Virus record (IMG/VR): IMGVR_UViG_3300003322_000100
Coordinates: 1-46,369 of that record
Origin: a virus
Length of the DNA stretch: 46,369 nucleotides
Strand: one strand, 5' to 3'
Positions 23,436 to 33,632 of this stretch are shown here, piece by piece (positions within the stretch are counted from its first letter, which is position 1; each line of letters begins with the position of its first letter). Made by a program: the position numbers and the translations under genes. A model generated the notes under the pieces. The model made no database searches, was not told the DNA's origin, and worked only from the letters and a program-made list of their open reading frames with translations.

Positions 23436-25054
23436 TGGGCTTTATTCCGCGATGGTATCAAAAAGAAGCTTTTGATGCTGTCGTTTCATCAATAATAAAC
23501 ATGCCCAATGGCTGCCCACTGGTGGCTATGCCGACCGGCACGGGTAAAAGTCCACTCGCCGCGATGATTTCACTTGCCTTTATGGGATGGTGGGGATGGC
23601 GCGGCTTAATCTGCACTCATGTTAAAGAATTGGTTGAACAGGACAGCAATGCTGTTCTGATGCTGGACCAATTCGCACCGATGGGCATTTGCTCGGCTGG
23701 CCTAAAACGCGACGATACGGCAATGGCGCTTATCGTCGGCGGTATCCAGACAATGTATAAGAAACCCGCTGCCTTCGGGTGGCGGGATTTTCTTGTTATT
23801 GATGAAGCCCATTTGCTGTCGCCTAAAGATGCGGCGATGTATCAGGTCTTCATTAAGGAATTAAAGAAAGTAAACCCGAACTTAATCGTTATCGGCCTTA
23901 CGGCGACACCCTACCGCATGGGCCAGGGGATGCTTACAGACGATGGGCTTTTCAGTCATATTTGCTATGATTTAACGACAATTGAAGCGTTCGATAGGCT
24001 GATTAGAGAGGGTTATCTTTGCCCGCCGGTTCCTAAAAAGATGAAACTTGCGCTAGACGTTCATGATGTAGATGTCGGGCGTAACGGCGACTATAATCTT
24101 GCCCAACTACAGAAGAAGATCAATAAGACGGAAATAACTTTTGCCGCTCTAAGAGAAACCTGTGAGTACGGAGTTAACAGGCAATCTTGGATTATTTTCG
24201 CCTCCGGTAAGGATCATGCAGAAGACGTTGCCAGGATGTTAAACGGCTTCGGCGTGCCAACAGGTGTTGTTCATGACGGTATCAAGGATACTATTCGCGA
24301 TCAAACAATCGCCGATTTCAAGGCCGGACGACTTAGGGCAATTAGCAACAATAATATCTTGACGACTGGTTTTGACCATAAGCCAATCGATCTAATCAGC
24401 ATATTACGGCCGACACTTTCAACGACACTGCATGTCCAGATGATCGGACGAGGTATGCGACCATGGCATACTAAGAAAGACTGTCTTGTCTTAGATTTCG
24501 CCAGAAATACAGCAAATCTCGGACCAATCAACGATCCGAAGATACCGAAGAAAAAGGGTAAGGGCGGCGGCGATGCTCCGGTCAAGATTTGTGACCATTG
24601 CGGGACATACAACCATACTCGGGCCGTGTACTGTATAGGTTGTGGGGCGCAATTCGAATTTAAGCCGAACATCGTCAAGACAGCCGGGACCTTGGAACTT
24701 CTCCGAACACCCGGCGGTGTTGTGGAAGGTGTGGCTGCACCTATATTGGAATACTATAACGTCGATAGGTGCACCTATTCTAAGCATCAGCCGCGCTCAG
24801 ACGGAAAATCACCGTCGCTTAAGGTAAGTTACTTCTGCGGCTTGGCGCTATTCCATCGCTACATTCCGTTTGAACATGAAAAATCCAATGTCCGCCATTT
24901 AGCGAAAGAATGGTGGATGCAAAGACATGCCTCTGAATGTCCGCTGACTGTGGACGAAGCTTTGCAATATCAAAGCTACTTTAGGACACCTACGCAAATC
25001 GTCGTTCACGTCAATAAAGAATACCCCTCCGTTGAACAGGAATTGTTCCAATGA
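23435..25054 (+). CDS. Superfamily 2 DEAH-box helicase with a C-terminal zinc ribbon
   Basis: Motif I AMPTGTGKS, motif II VIDEAH, motif III LTATP. Zinc ribbon CDHCG...CIGCG. ATG 23435 overlaps the upstream TAA. Confidence 0.85.
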   Translation: MGFIPRWYQKEAFDAVVSSIINMPNGCPLVAMPTGTGKSPLAAMISLAFMGWWGWRGLICTHVKELVEQDSNAVLMLDQFAPMGICSAGLKRDDTAMALIVGGIQTMYKKPAAFGWRDFLVIDEAHLLSPKDAAMYQVFIKELKKVNPNLIVIGLTATPYRMGQGMLTDDGLFSHICYDLTTIEAFDRLIREGYLCPPVPKKMKLALDVHDVDVGRNGDYNLAQLQKKINKTEITFAALRETCEYGVNRQSWIIFASGKDHAEDVARMLNGFGVPTGVVHDGIKDTIRDQTIADFKAGRLRAISNNNILTTGFDHKPIDLISILRPTLSTTLHVQMIGRGMRPWHTKKDCLVLDFARNTANLGPINDPKIPKKKGKGGGDAPVKICDHCGTYNHTRAVYCIGCGAQFEFKPNIVKTAGTLELLRTPGGVVEGVAAPILEYYNVDRCTYSKHQPRSDGKSPSLKVSYFCGLALFHRYIPFEHEKSNVRHLAKEWWMQRHASECPLTVDEALQYQSYFRTPTQIVVHVNKEYPSVEQELFQ

Positions 25055-25311
25055 CTGAAATGCCAGACGATTTCGCCAAATGGCTTGAAGGACAGCGGAA
25101 TAAAGACAGAAGCGATCTTACGGACGCAGTAGCATCAGCTATAAATGCTATTTTCTCGGATGTTGAGAGTAACAGAGAAAATAATTGCTACTATTGCATT
25201 CTGTTCGATCGCGAAGCTGACACCTGCCGAGCATTCAAAGCCAAGCCGCCGACATACGTATTGGTTCATGGATGCTGGCAATTCCACCATGTCAAAGACA
25301 TTCCCTACTGA
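25051..25311 (+). CDS. Hypothetical small Cys/His protein
   Basis: 86 aa ORF with an ATGA overlap. Contains CYYC...C...HGC..HH. Confidence 0.55.
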   Translation: MTEMPDDFAKWLEGQRNKDRSDLTDAVASAINAIFSDVESNRENNCYYCILFDREADTCRAFKAKPPTYVLVHGCWQFHHVKDIPY

Positions 25312-25322
25312 GGACAACTGAA

Positions 25323-26432
25323 ATGGTCGGACGGCCGAGAGGATCGCGCAAGAAAGCCGAAAGCGAGGAAACCCGCTTTAAGCTTCTGGACGCGCTTGAG
25401 TTCATCAGCGTCACGCAACTTCCCATTGGGGAGCCTAACCAGACGCATTGCACGATGGCGCAACATGAGGTTGTCGGCTTTAATGGCGTAATCGCCGCCG
25501 GCCATCCGATTGATGAAGATTTTAGCGCCTGTCCGAACACCATCGCCTTTCTTAAGTCGCTACGCGGACGGCCGACAACCGGGATGTCATTGACACAGCT
25601 AGGCGACGGCCGGCTTGTCGTGACGGCCCCGCCGTTCCGCTCCGTCGTCCCTGTGGTGCCCTTCGGCAGCCTGTCTTACGCCCGGCCCGATCCCATGGTA
25701 GCGCCCGCCACGGACGCGCTGAAAGAGGCGCTGGCCGTCTGTACGCCGATCGTCAATGAGAGTGCCCAGCAAGTCGCCTTGGCGTCTATCCACTCGATTA
25801 ACGGCGCATTCCAGGCTGCGGATAAGACGGTCGCAATCGAGGCATGGCATAATATCTCGTTTCCGCCTGGATTGCTTATACCGAAGAAATCGGCGGATAT
25901 CATACTTAAGATAAAACAGCCTATTATCGGATTTGGACATTCCGAAACTTCGCTTACTTTGCACTATGACGGCGGATTGTGGTTTAAGACGCAATTATAT
26001 CAGGCAAACTATGTCAATTTCGAAGAACTTATCAACGTTAACACACAGTATTTTCCGGCAAGTCCTGCCATATTTACGGCAGTAAATGCAATTGCCGAAC
26101 TATCCGCCGGACGGGTCTATTTTGAAGGCGGAGAAGTCCGGACAAACGCAGTCAAAGGCGAGGGAGCCAGCTATTCAGCGTTCGGGCTTCCTGAGAAAAG
26201 AGCATTTGATATCAAGTTGTTCCGTGTTATGGAACCATATGCAACCCATCTCGATTTCAATACACAGACAGATCGTGTTAAATTCTATGGCAAATCAGGA
26301 AATATTGTGGTACGTGGTATCATTATGGGGATGAAATGGCCGGAGGAAGAATTCGCGGCAGAAATAGGAACAGCCGAGAACAGGCATATTGCCGAAGGCA
26401 CCTACGGCGATGAAGAAAGCGGCGACGAATAA
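25323..26432 (+). CDS. DnaN-like sliding clamp candidate
   Basis: 369 aa from ATG 25323 (GAGGA upstream). By eye it is collinear with bacterial beta clamps. LIPKKSADIILKI matches the IiPrK..eL.kl segment. LWFKTQLYQANYVNFEELI matches f.SkLidG.FPdY..vi. The C-terminal IVVRGIIMGM matches yvvMPMR. Confidence 0.45.
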   Translation: MVGRPRGSRKKAESEETRFKLLDALEFISVTQLPIGEPNQTHCTMAQHEVVGFNGVIAAGHPIDEDFSACPNTIAFLKSLRGRPTTGMSLTQLGDGRLVVTAPPFRSVVPVVPFGSLSYARPDPMVAPATDALKEALAVCTPIVNESAQQVALASIHSINGAFQAADKTVAIEAWHNISFPPGLLIPKKSADIILKIKQPIIGFGHSETSLTLHYDGGLWFKTQLYQANYVNFEELINVNTQYFPASPAIFTAVNAIAELSAGRVYFEGGEVRTNAVKGEGASYSAFGLPEKRAFDIKLFRVMEPYATHLDFNTQTDRVKFYGKSGNIVVRGIIMGMKWPEEEFAAEIGTAENRHIAEGTYGDEESGDE

Positions 26433-28435
26433 TGCTATTCGATGATCTAGGGCCGCTTAAGAAAAGGACGCAACTGGCGCAATTGCCGCCAGTTATGGAT
26501 ACAGGTTGGAAACCACCTCAATATTTTCCTGACTTACGCGGCGCTAGACTTATCTCATTTGATACCGAGACATGGGAAAAAGATTGGTCGCACGGCCCCG
26601 GATGGTCGCGCGGCGCATCGGAGCTTGTCGGCTTCTCTGTTGGCGCTCAAGCCCACGACGGGCAAATACAAGGATGGTATTTCCCAATCGGCCATAAGGT
26701 TGAGCCGGAATATAATCTTGACGGTAAACAGTGCTTGGCTTGGCTTAAGCACACATTAGAAGATACGCCGAATATCCCGAAAGTAGGCGCAAATCTGATA
26801 TTCGATATTGGAACATTATCGGACTATAACATATGGCCGACAGGCGAATTACACGATGTTCAGATGGCCGAACCGCTTTTAGAAGAACGCGGCGAGGTTA
26901 ATCTTGACCATCTAGGGATAAAATACTGTGGGATTGGAAAAGAGACAAATCATCTATATGAGTGGATTAGAAAGGCGTATAAGCCACTAGAGAAAGAAAT
27001 AAGAGGCGATATTTACCGCTCGCCTCCCCGATTAGCCGGTCCCTACGGTGAACAGGACGCGACGCTGCCCATTCAGGTTCTAGCGGAGCAATGGCCGTTG
27101 TTGACGGCGCAAAATCTCCATGAAGTATACCGCATGGAGTGCGATCTAATCCGACTATGGGTTAGGATGCGGATACAGGGCGCCGCGATTGACATTAATA
27201 AAGCTGAACAGGCTTATGTTAAGATTGGGCATTCTATTAAGACATTACAAGCGAAACTTGATTATGCGGCCGGGCGCAAAGTCAGTGTAGAGTCTTCAGA
27301 CGATATCGGGTCGGCTCTGGAAGCTGCCGGTATTGAGGTTCCATTTAAGATAAACGAAAAAGGTAAGAAAAAATATAGTGTAACCAAGCCATGGATGGAA
27401 AAGCAGTCAAATCCGCTTGTGGATTTGGTAAAGGATATTCGTAAGTTAACTAAGGTCAATAGCACATTCATTCGCTCTTATTTGCTGGAACGGCATATAA
27501 ATAAGGTTATCCATTGTTCATTTAATCCGCTTAGAAAAGATGGCGGTGGCACTTCAACCGGACGGCTGTCGTCAGATAATCCAAATTTGCAGAATATACC
27601 GGTTAGGACGGAGGAAGGTAAATGGGTACGTGAATGCTTCACATTCTTTGACGGACATTATAGGGTTGAACAAGGCGACCAATCACAGATTGAATATAGA
27701 TATATGGCTCAATTCGCTGTTGGGCCAGGATCAGACGAACTTAGGCGCCTATATAATGAAAACCCTGACATTGATTATCATGATAGCACCTATGATAGAA
27801 TTTGTCCTTATATGGGCTGGAATATAGCTGATGTTGAACTTAGGAAGGACAAACGTCGTCCAATTAAGAACATCAATTTCGGCCTTGTATACGGCATGGG
27901 AGAGACAAAACTAGCGGGCGACTTGAAGCTATCTAGAGAAGATGCCCGTCGGCTATTTAAAGCATATCACGATGCTAATCCATATGTTAAATCGACAATG
28001 GATGATGCCGCAGCATTTATGCAGCGATACGGCTATACACTGACAATTCTCGGCCGTCGCCGGCGATATGATCTATGGGAGCCGATGGATTACGGCGACT
28101 GGATTGCGCTACCTTTCGAGGCGGCAGTATCCAAATGGGGGCCAATGATCCATCGGGCGAATGAACATACGGCCATCAATTCGGTATTGCAAGGATCAGC
28201 GGCAGAGCAAATTAAGAAAGCCGCACAACGCCTTCTTAACGAAGGTGTATACGATTTTACTGGCGTTCCGATGCTAACTGTTCATGACGAATGGCTTAAC
28301 AGCCGCATAGACGCTAGTCCGCAGCAAGAGGAAGCTTATCGATATATTAAGCATGTTAACGAGACATGCATTAAACTCCGAATTCCGCTCAAATATGAGC
28401 GCGGATGGGGTAACAACTGGAATGAGGCAAAGTGA
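26432..28435 (+). CDS. DNA polymerase I family A with a 3'-5' exonuclease domain
   Basis: ExoI SFDTETW, motif A GDQSQIEYRYMA, motif B RRPIKNINFGLVYGMG, motif C LTVHDEW. 667 aa. Confidence 0.9.
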   Translation: MLFDDLGPLKKRTQLAQLPPVMDTGWKPPQYFPDLRGARLISFDTETWEKDWSHGPGWSRGASELVGFSVGAQAHDGQIQGWYFPIGHKVEPEYNLDGKQCLAWLKHTLEDTPNIPKVGANLIFDIGTLSDYNIWPTGELHDVQMAEPLLEERGEVNLDHLGIKYCGIGKETNHLYEWIRKAYKPLEKEIRGDIYRSPPRLAGPYGEQDATLPIQVLAEQWPLLTAQNLHEVYRMECDLIRLWVRMRIQGAAIDINKAEQAYVKIGHSIKTLQAKLDYAAGRKVSVESSDDIGSALEAAGIEVPFKINEKGKKKYSVTKPWMEKQSNPLVDLVKDIRKLTKVNSTFIRSYLLERHINKVIHCSFNPLRKDGGGTSTGRLSSDNPNLQNIPVRTEEGKWVRECFTFFDGHYRVEQGDQSQIEYRYMAQFAVGPGSDELRRLYNENPDIDYHDSTYDRICPYMGWNIADVELRKDKRRPIKNINFGLVYGMGETKLAGDLKLSREDARRLFKAYHDANPYVKSTMDDAAAFMQRYGYTLTILGRRRRYDLWEPMDYGDWIALPFEAAVSKWGPMIHRANEHTAINSVLQGSAAEQIKKAAQRLLNEGVYDFTGVPMLTVHDEWLNSRIDASPQQEEAYRYIKHVNETCIKLRIPLKYERGWGNNWNEAK

Positions 28436-28692
28436 TGATACCTGGACATATTCCCGGTGCTACGCTGCACATGAAAGCGCCGGAAGGATGGAACGAGGCA
28501 GAACAAGGACACTGCGGAACTTTACATGTTCTGCCAATCGTGATAGAAGGAACGCAATTTCTCGGATCGGCATGGATGCCGACTCCGGAAGAACTAGAGC
28601 GCTTGAACAAAGGCGCCGCAATCTATCTCTGGATATCCGCCGCTATTCATCCCGTTGTGGCAATGGAAGTCGGCAAAGAACCGGGAGATTAG
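28435..28692 (+). CDS. Hypothetical small protein
   Basis: 85 aa. ATG 28435 overlaps the polymerase TGA. Confidence 0.5.
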   Translation: MIPGHIPGATLHMKAPEGWNEAEQGHCGTLHVLPIVIEGTQFLGSAWMPTPEELERLNKGAAIYLWISAAIHPVVAMEVGKEPGD

Positions 28693-28696
28693 AACA

Positions 28697-28888
28697 ATGG
28701 CGTCAACTATGGAAATAGTCGGAGAAAATCATCGCATCGTTCGCCGTATGTCCGGCGCAATCCAGGCCGAACGATGGAATGACAGCGACGGTAAATGGGA
28801 ATATATCGAGACGCTGTGCCCGCCCTACACCGAGCCGGCGGCTGAACGCGCTGCGATCGAGGCTTTCAAGCGGGGTCTCAAGCTATGA
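28697..28888 (+). CDS. Hypothetical small protein
   Basis: ATG 28697 (MASTMEIVGE...) behind GGGAGA. 63 aa. Confidence 0.5.
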   Translation: MASTMEIVGENHRIVRRMSGAIQAERWNDSDGKWEYIETLCPPYTEPAAERAAIEAFKRGLKL

Positions 28889-29043
28889 TTAGCCTAGGTG
28901 CCCTTGCCTTCGGCGCTGGCTTCGCCCTGTGCCTAGCGGCCAGCGCCGATACGCGCGTCTACGGCCCCTCCGGCCGGGCCGCAGCCGCAGCCGTGGGCGG
29001 CTGGTCATTGATGGTCGGCGCGGTCGTCCTGGCCCTGGCCTAG
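28885..29043 (+). CDS. Small two-helix membrane protein (52 aa, below the ORF-track cutoff)
   Basis: Hand translation MISLGALAFGAGFALCLAASADTRVYGPSGRAAAAAVGGWSLMVGAVVLALA. ATGA overlap with the upstream gene. Confidence 0.45.
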   Translation: MISLGALAFGAGFALCLAASADTRVYGPSGRAAAAAVGGWSLMVGAVVLALA

Positions 29044-29046
29044 CGA

Positions 29047-29069
29047 GGTAGGGGCGCTACGCCCCTACC
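29047..29069. terminator. Hairpin between convergent operons (candidate bidirectional terminator)
   Basis: GGTAGGGGCG-cta-CGCCCCTACC, a perfect 10-nt inverted repeat. The loop is the TAG stop of the 1388-aa gene. There is no long T-run on either side. Confidence 0.5.
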
Positions 29070-32000
29070 GCCGTCTTGTATGCCTCCAGCGCCGTCCGGA
29101 GTGTCGTCACGTCGGCCGCCGTCAAAGCGGCGCCCCACGACGATGCCAGGACTTCGGCGTCGCTATAGCTACCAGCAACCCGCAATATCTCGACCGCTGC
29201 TGTCGGAAGGGCGGTAGACGTTACCGGCGCAGCCGCCTTAGCAACGCCGTCATGATACCTAGCATAGCTAGTCGAGACATCGCGTGAAATGACGAAATGC
29301 CCTTGTCCTGTCGGGGCGCCGGCATCTTGGCTGCTATTAGTACCGTCATTCAACCGCGTTGTTATCTGATTAACGGTGTTATGCTTTGAGAAGATAAAGG
29401 CATTGAGATTGCCAATATCTCCGGCTTCAACAGATACGGTTGAAGTGGAAGGCGTCCGAATGTATACCGATAGATGGGCGCTATTAAGCGTCCATTGACC
29501 ACCAGCCGTTGACGGGACAAAAGTAGACGCTAGATAACCGCCTACTGTCGCGCCTTTGCCTGTTCCTTTGAAGCCTCTATCAATGGTAAATACCGGTGAA
29601 TTGTTTGCAGTAAGAACTTGGGACGGATTTTTAGCATTGATGCGCCCCGCCTGTTCATGATGGGCAGCATGAACTACTAAATAATCCAATTTTGTCCAGA
29701 TAGACGAAAGATCAGATATTAGCTTGTTAAGTTCATATCTCCGCTTTGCTGTCGGCTGCGATGTCATAGCGGCGACATAAGCCGCAATATATGCCGTATC
29801 GTCGTAAACAATTACCGTTAACGGTAGTGTTTGTCCAGACATACCGCCGGATTGCGTTGATGCCGAAGCGGTAACCGCATGACTTCCTGACGATATCGAA
29901 GGAACCGAACAACTCCACGCACCAACTAGATTAGCTTGGACTTGCGCCCTAAATAAACCATCCGTGTATACCTGAACAAAAGCAAATGGAATAGCCGTAC
30001 CTGTTATAAGCGGTGTATGATCCGTTGTATAAAGCGGGCCGATCGTTGAAATTGTCGGCACAGGCGTACCCGAAGCGATATAACTGTCGATTGCCGTGGG
30101 GCCGCTACCCACTCCGTTGACACCCCGCACACGGCCTTGAAAGCGCGACCACGGGCCGCCCTGTCCACCAACCTCAGACGGCCCGAATACCAACGGCGGC
30201 GCCGCTACTGTCTTTGTCAGTTTCAAGACGTTAAAGATGCCCGACCCTAAGACCGTCTCCGTCCAGACTTCACCGACATATGACGTAGCTCGCGCCGCAA
30301 CGCCCCATGTCATGGTGATAGTGTTGTCTGTCGCTAGCGTCATGTCAAAAGCCGACACCGACCCTGGAACACTTGTCGGCTGTCCGTATGTTCCCGAAGT
30401 TGTCGCGTAATCACCCCTGATTTGCCCAATGCCGGCGCAGCGTGAAGCAACAAATCCGGAATTAGCTTGAAATTGGCATGAATTAACCGTTCCGGCGTAT
30501 ACTTGTGACCAATTCAGGTTGTCATAGCTGATTTCAACAATATAGGAGGTTGCGCCCGGTGCCGGCTGCCATGATCCAAATAGCGTAACAACATCACCAA
30601 CGCTATTCGGATCTTGCGATACAAAGAACGCCCGAACTTCCGGCTTTTTCGGAATAACACCCGGCCCGGTTACAGTCGGCGGAGGCGGAGGTGGTCCGAA
30701 ATCTTGATAAACACGTTCGTCATAATTCTGGAGAAGAACCGAGACAGTGTCTTCATCATTCGGCTGCGTTGTTGAGACCAGCATTTTTCTTGCATAAGTC
30801 TGCAACCCGGCGCCAATAATATATTTGGTAGCTTCTCTACCTTCATCATCATCATAATAAATTAGATAATCATCAATCGGTCCTTGAATAGCCGTTACAT
30901 CCGCCAAACTATCGGCGTCGATAATGACAACATCGTCATCACTACCTTTGGTGACGATTACCGGCCCCCATCCTTCACCTGTCGGCTTTTGGATGGCCAT
31001 ATAATAAGTATCTGGTGTTGACCAATCCACAGGATCGGATAACTGTAGCTGACGAACTCCAGTATTTTCCAGAATATCGCCAGCGTACCCCCATTTAGGA
31101 AGATCATGGGACAATAGCACTAATGTCCCGCGAAGATAGAGGCGACCAACCATCCCGGTATCGCATCCGGCAATGGTTCGTCTGTAAAAATTAGATGCCG
31201 CCTGGTACATACCATATCGCCAAGCTTGATTTCGCTCGACAATACCAAACATCTGATATCTAGCGGGCTTTGTTGACAACGATCCTGGCAACGTGCATTG
31301 AATTTCGTCGTTTTTCCAAGTATCCTTATTGAAAAACTCAATGATAACATCATCCGGACTATCTTCATCCCACATAATAGTTTCGATATTAAAGCTACCG
31401 GCGAGCATCGTTCGCGGCGTTATCACACCGGAAATAAGCGACTTCGGTTCATCCCGATCAAATGACAGCTGTGATCCGTAAAGAAGCGGGAATGCGCGAC
31501 CGACCTTAAGAACAGCCGACAAAGCATCCCAAAATGTCTGCGGGCTGTCAAATATACCGTCAAACGTATCTCCAGATGTTACCCATTTAGCGTGCAATTC
31601 TTCAAGCTTCGGAATATCGATGAAGTTAATAGGCTGACCGGCCCCATAAAGCGTATTAAGCACCATATCCGCGACTGCCCATGCGATAGATCGCGTCGGC
31701 GCCATCGGCTGGGCAACACCGCCTGAATAGCTAACAAGCTTTCTCGTCTGGACGACAGATACTTGCCGTGAAGTCGCCGAAGTTATTTGTTCTCCGACAT
31801 TGAATATAATTTCCAGGATAGTTACGTTCTGGTAGACATTATCATCCGGAATGAAACCGCGAAGTCCGAGCCATTGAAGATCATCTAGCGTCTTAGTGTC
31901 ATTATGATTGGTGCTGGTTCTCTCAACCTCCGCCCAATACCGCCCTTCCGGCACGTCATATTCATATGTCCAGCGTTGCGGCTGCGGAGTAGCCGCGTCT

Positions 32001-33223
32001 ACTTCAATATCCGTATGCTCAATCCATGGGCCAATAGGATTATTGAAATCGTCAATTAGCTGATAGCGAACGGTAAATGTAACCGCGTTGGTATCAAGTC
32101 CGCCATCGTCGTTCGCCTCACCAAGCCCTTGAGGAGCGGCAATATCGAATGAAATCTTATAGACTTTATCTCCCGGTTCGCAAACGGCATAAGGTCCGAC
32201 TGCGGCGTCAACTCGCATCGTTATTTCGTCAACATCGCCTTGTGTCGGCCATGTCAGATTAAATTCCGCCCATCCCTTTGTACTGCCTGGATCAAGAGCG
32301 GTAATAGTGTGGGAACCGTTATTCGCCCCGGCATTCGAAAATACAACTATATCACCCACAAGAAAATCGTTGAACGCTCTTGATGTATCACCGTCGAATG
32401 GGCCGCCAGATCGCGCCGTTACACGTGTCCCGGAAAACGTAACATTTATATCGTTAATATTAACTTTACGTAATGCCTGTCCGCCAACTTCGGTTGACGT
32501 CCTAACAATTCCAGGGAACAATACTCCGGGCTGGCCCGGCTCAACCCAATTAATTACGACAGATGATAGATTACCTGTATATCCAACAATATCATTCCAT
32601 ACCTCAGTTTCACCAATAAACACTTGATGATGGGCATATGATCCGACACCGCAGCAAAGACGTTGATATATCCGCTGTTGATTATTGTTATAATCGCTGA
32701 AAGGATCAGACGCCCAATCCGGCGTCATCTTAATATAGCCATATTGGCATGGAATAGGCTCTAGAAGCCGCGCCCGAGTACCCTGTGCAGATGTAAAGTA
32801 AGACGGTGAATTGTCGGCTGACGACTTCCCAACTTTGGGCGTTTGTGGCGGCAGGATCATATTAATGACCAGCCCGCCGACAAGTGTGATACCGGCTGAA
32901 ATAGCGGCGAGCGTTCCGGCAGTCGCCCCGGCGCCGGCGATTAGAGGCGCTATGTACGGCGCAGCAATGGCGACTGCCAAAAGCGCCACAACTCGAAAGA
33001 TGTTCTTGAAGCCGCCGCCGTTACCGGCCGGAAGCGTCAGGAAAACAGGCGGATTTGTCGGGTCTACGTATTGATCCCAATTGGCCCGCATGACAGGTTC
33101 TTCGCCGATAAGGCAAATAACCGGATAATTCTTCGGGACGGCAGGCGAGTTGAATACATCCCAAATGGTTTGGCCGGGAGTGTAATCAACCGTCGTGACG
33201 TTCAGACCATCCATGGTAGACAA
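29057..33223 (-). CDS. Host specificity / central tail fibre protein (lambda gpJ-like)
   Basis: 1388 aa and last gene of the tail block, after the L-like and K-like genes. Two FN3-like repeats (W.PAPGATSY.VE and W.VAARATSYVGE), an Ig-like segment, and a lectin-like C-terminal domain. Confidence 0.8.
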   Translation of the reverse strand: MSTMDGLNVTTVDYTPGQTIWDVFNSPAVPKNYPVICLIGEEPVMRANWDQYVDPTNPPVFLTLPAGNGGGFKNIFRVVALLAVAIAAPYIAPLIAGAGATAGTLAAISAGITLVGGLVINMILPPQTPKVGKSSADNSPSYFTSAQGTRARLLEPIPCQYGYIKMTPDWASDPFSDYNNNQQRIYQRLCCGVGSYAHHQVFIGETEVWNDIVGYTGNLSSVVINWVEPGQPGVLFPGIVRTSTEVGGQALRKVNINDINVTFSGTRVTARSGGPFDGDTSRAFNDFLVGDIVVFSNAGANNGSHTITALDPGSTKGWAEFNLTWPTQGDVDEITMRVDAAVGPYAVCEPGDKVYKISFDIAAPQGLGEANDDGGLDTNAVTFTVRYQLIDDFNNPIGPWIEHTDIEVDAATPQPQRWTYEYDVPEGRYWAEVERTSTNHNDTKTLDDLQWLGLRGFIPDDNVYQNVTILEIIFNVGEQITSATSRQVSVVQTRKLVSYSGGVAQPMAPTRSIAWAVADMVLNTLYGAGQPINFIDIPKLEELHAKWVTSGDTFDGIFDSPQTFWDALSAVLKVGRAFPLLYGSQLSFDRDEPKSLISGVITPRTMLAGSFNIETIMWDEDSPDDVIIEFFNKDTWKNDEIQCTLPGSLSTKPARYQMFGIVERNQAWRYGMYQAASNFYRRTIAGCDTGMVGRLYLRGTLVLLSHDLPKWGYAGDILENTGVRQLQLSDPVDWSTPDTYYMAIQKPTGEGWGPVIVTKGSDDDVVIIDADSLADVTAIQGPIDDYLIYYDDDEGREATKYIIGAGLQTYARKMLVSTTQPNDEDTVSVLLQNYDERVYQDFGPPPPPPTVTGPGVIPKKPEVRAFFVSQDPNSVGDVVTLFGSWQPAPGATSYIVEISYDNLNWSQVYAGTVNSCQFQANSGFVASRCAGIGQIRGDYATTSGTYGQPTSVPGSVSAFDMTLATDNTITMTWGVAARATSYVGEVWTETVLGSGIFNVLKLTKTVAAPPLVFGPSEVGGQGGPWSRFQGRVRGVNGVGSGPTAIDSYIASGTPVPTISTIGPLYTTDHTPLITGTAIPFAFVQVYTDGLFRAQVQANLVGAWSCSVPSISSGSHAVTASASTQSGGMSGQTLPLTVIVYDDTAYIAAYVAAMTSQPTAKRRYELNKLISDLSSIWTKLDYLVVHAAHHEQAGRINAKNPSQVLTANNSPVFTIDRGFKGTGKGATVGGYLASTFVPSTAGGQWTLNSAHLSVYIRTPSTSTVSVEAGDIGNLNAFIFSKHNTVNQITTRLNDGTNSSQDAGAPTGQGHFVISRDVSTSYARYHDGVAKAAAPVTSTALPTAAVEILRVAGSYSDAEVLASSWGAALTAADVTTLRTALEAYKTAVGA

Positions 33224-33632
33224 ACCCTCTCCATCCCGCCGCTTCTAGTTCCTTACGCTTCTGGAAGCTGACGCCCCCAAGATCGCAGTGTGCAATGCCG
33301 CCGCCATCAATGTCCAGCCAAATACCCACATGATGCGGATACCTTCCATGGGACATTTCGACAATACCGCCATGCTCCGGTTTATCGATTATCGGCCAAT
33401 TTACGCGCTCCGGATGGTTACGGATAAATCGGATAAGAATTGACGTTTCATCGCTAGGTGTAGCAATAGTGAATATATCTCGGCCAAAGCAATGCTTTTG
33501 AATATATTTTACAAAAGTCTGGCAATCGAATTCTTTAGGTTCAATATTAGGTCTTTCACCAGCTTTAGGAATACGATATTTGGCCGTAAATAGCGGCTCC
33601 ATAAATGCGACAATTTCATCGTTAGATAGCAT
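33186..33632 (-). CDS. Tail-associated NlpC/P60 (C40) peptidase, gpK-like
   Basis: Catalytic-type residues FDCQTFVKY (Cys), HHVGIWLD (His) and IAHCD. ATG 33632 overlaps the upstream TGA. Confidence 0.65.
   Translation of the reverse strand: MLSNDEIVAFMEPLFTAKYRIPKAGERPNIEPKEFDCQTFVKYIQKHCFGRDIFTIATPSDETSILIRFIRNHPERVNWPIIDKPEHGGIVEMSHGRYPHHVGIWLDIDGGGIAHCDLGGVSFQKRKELEAAGWRGFVYHGWSERHDG

Noticed and set aside
29057-33223. Diversity-generating retroelement targeting the tail fibre C-terminus
   Set aside because: No reverse transcriptase gene is present, and I could not recognise a template/variable repeat pair.
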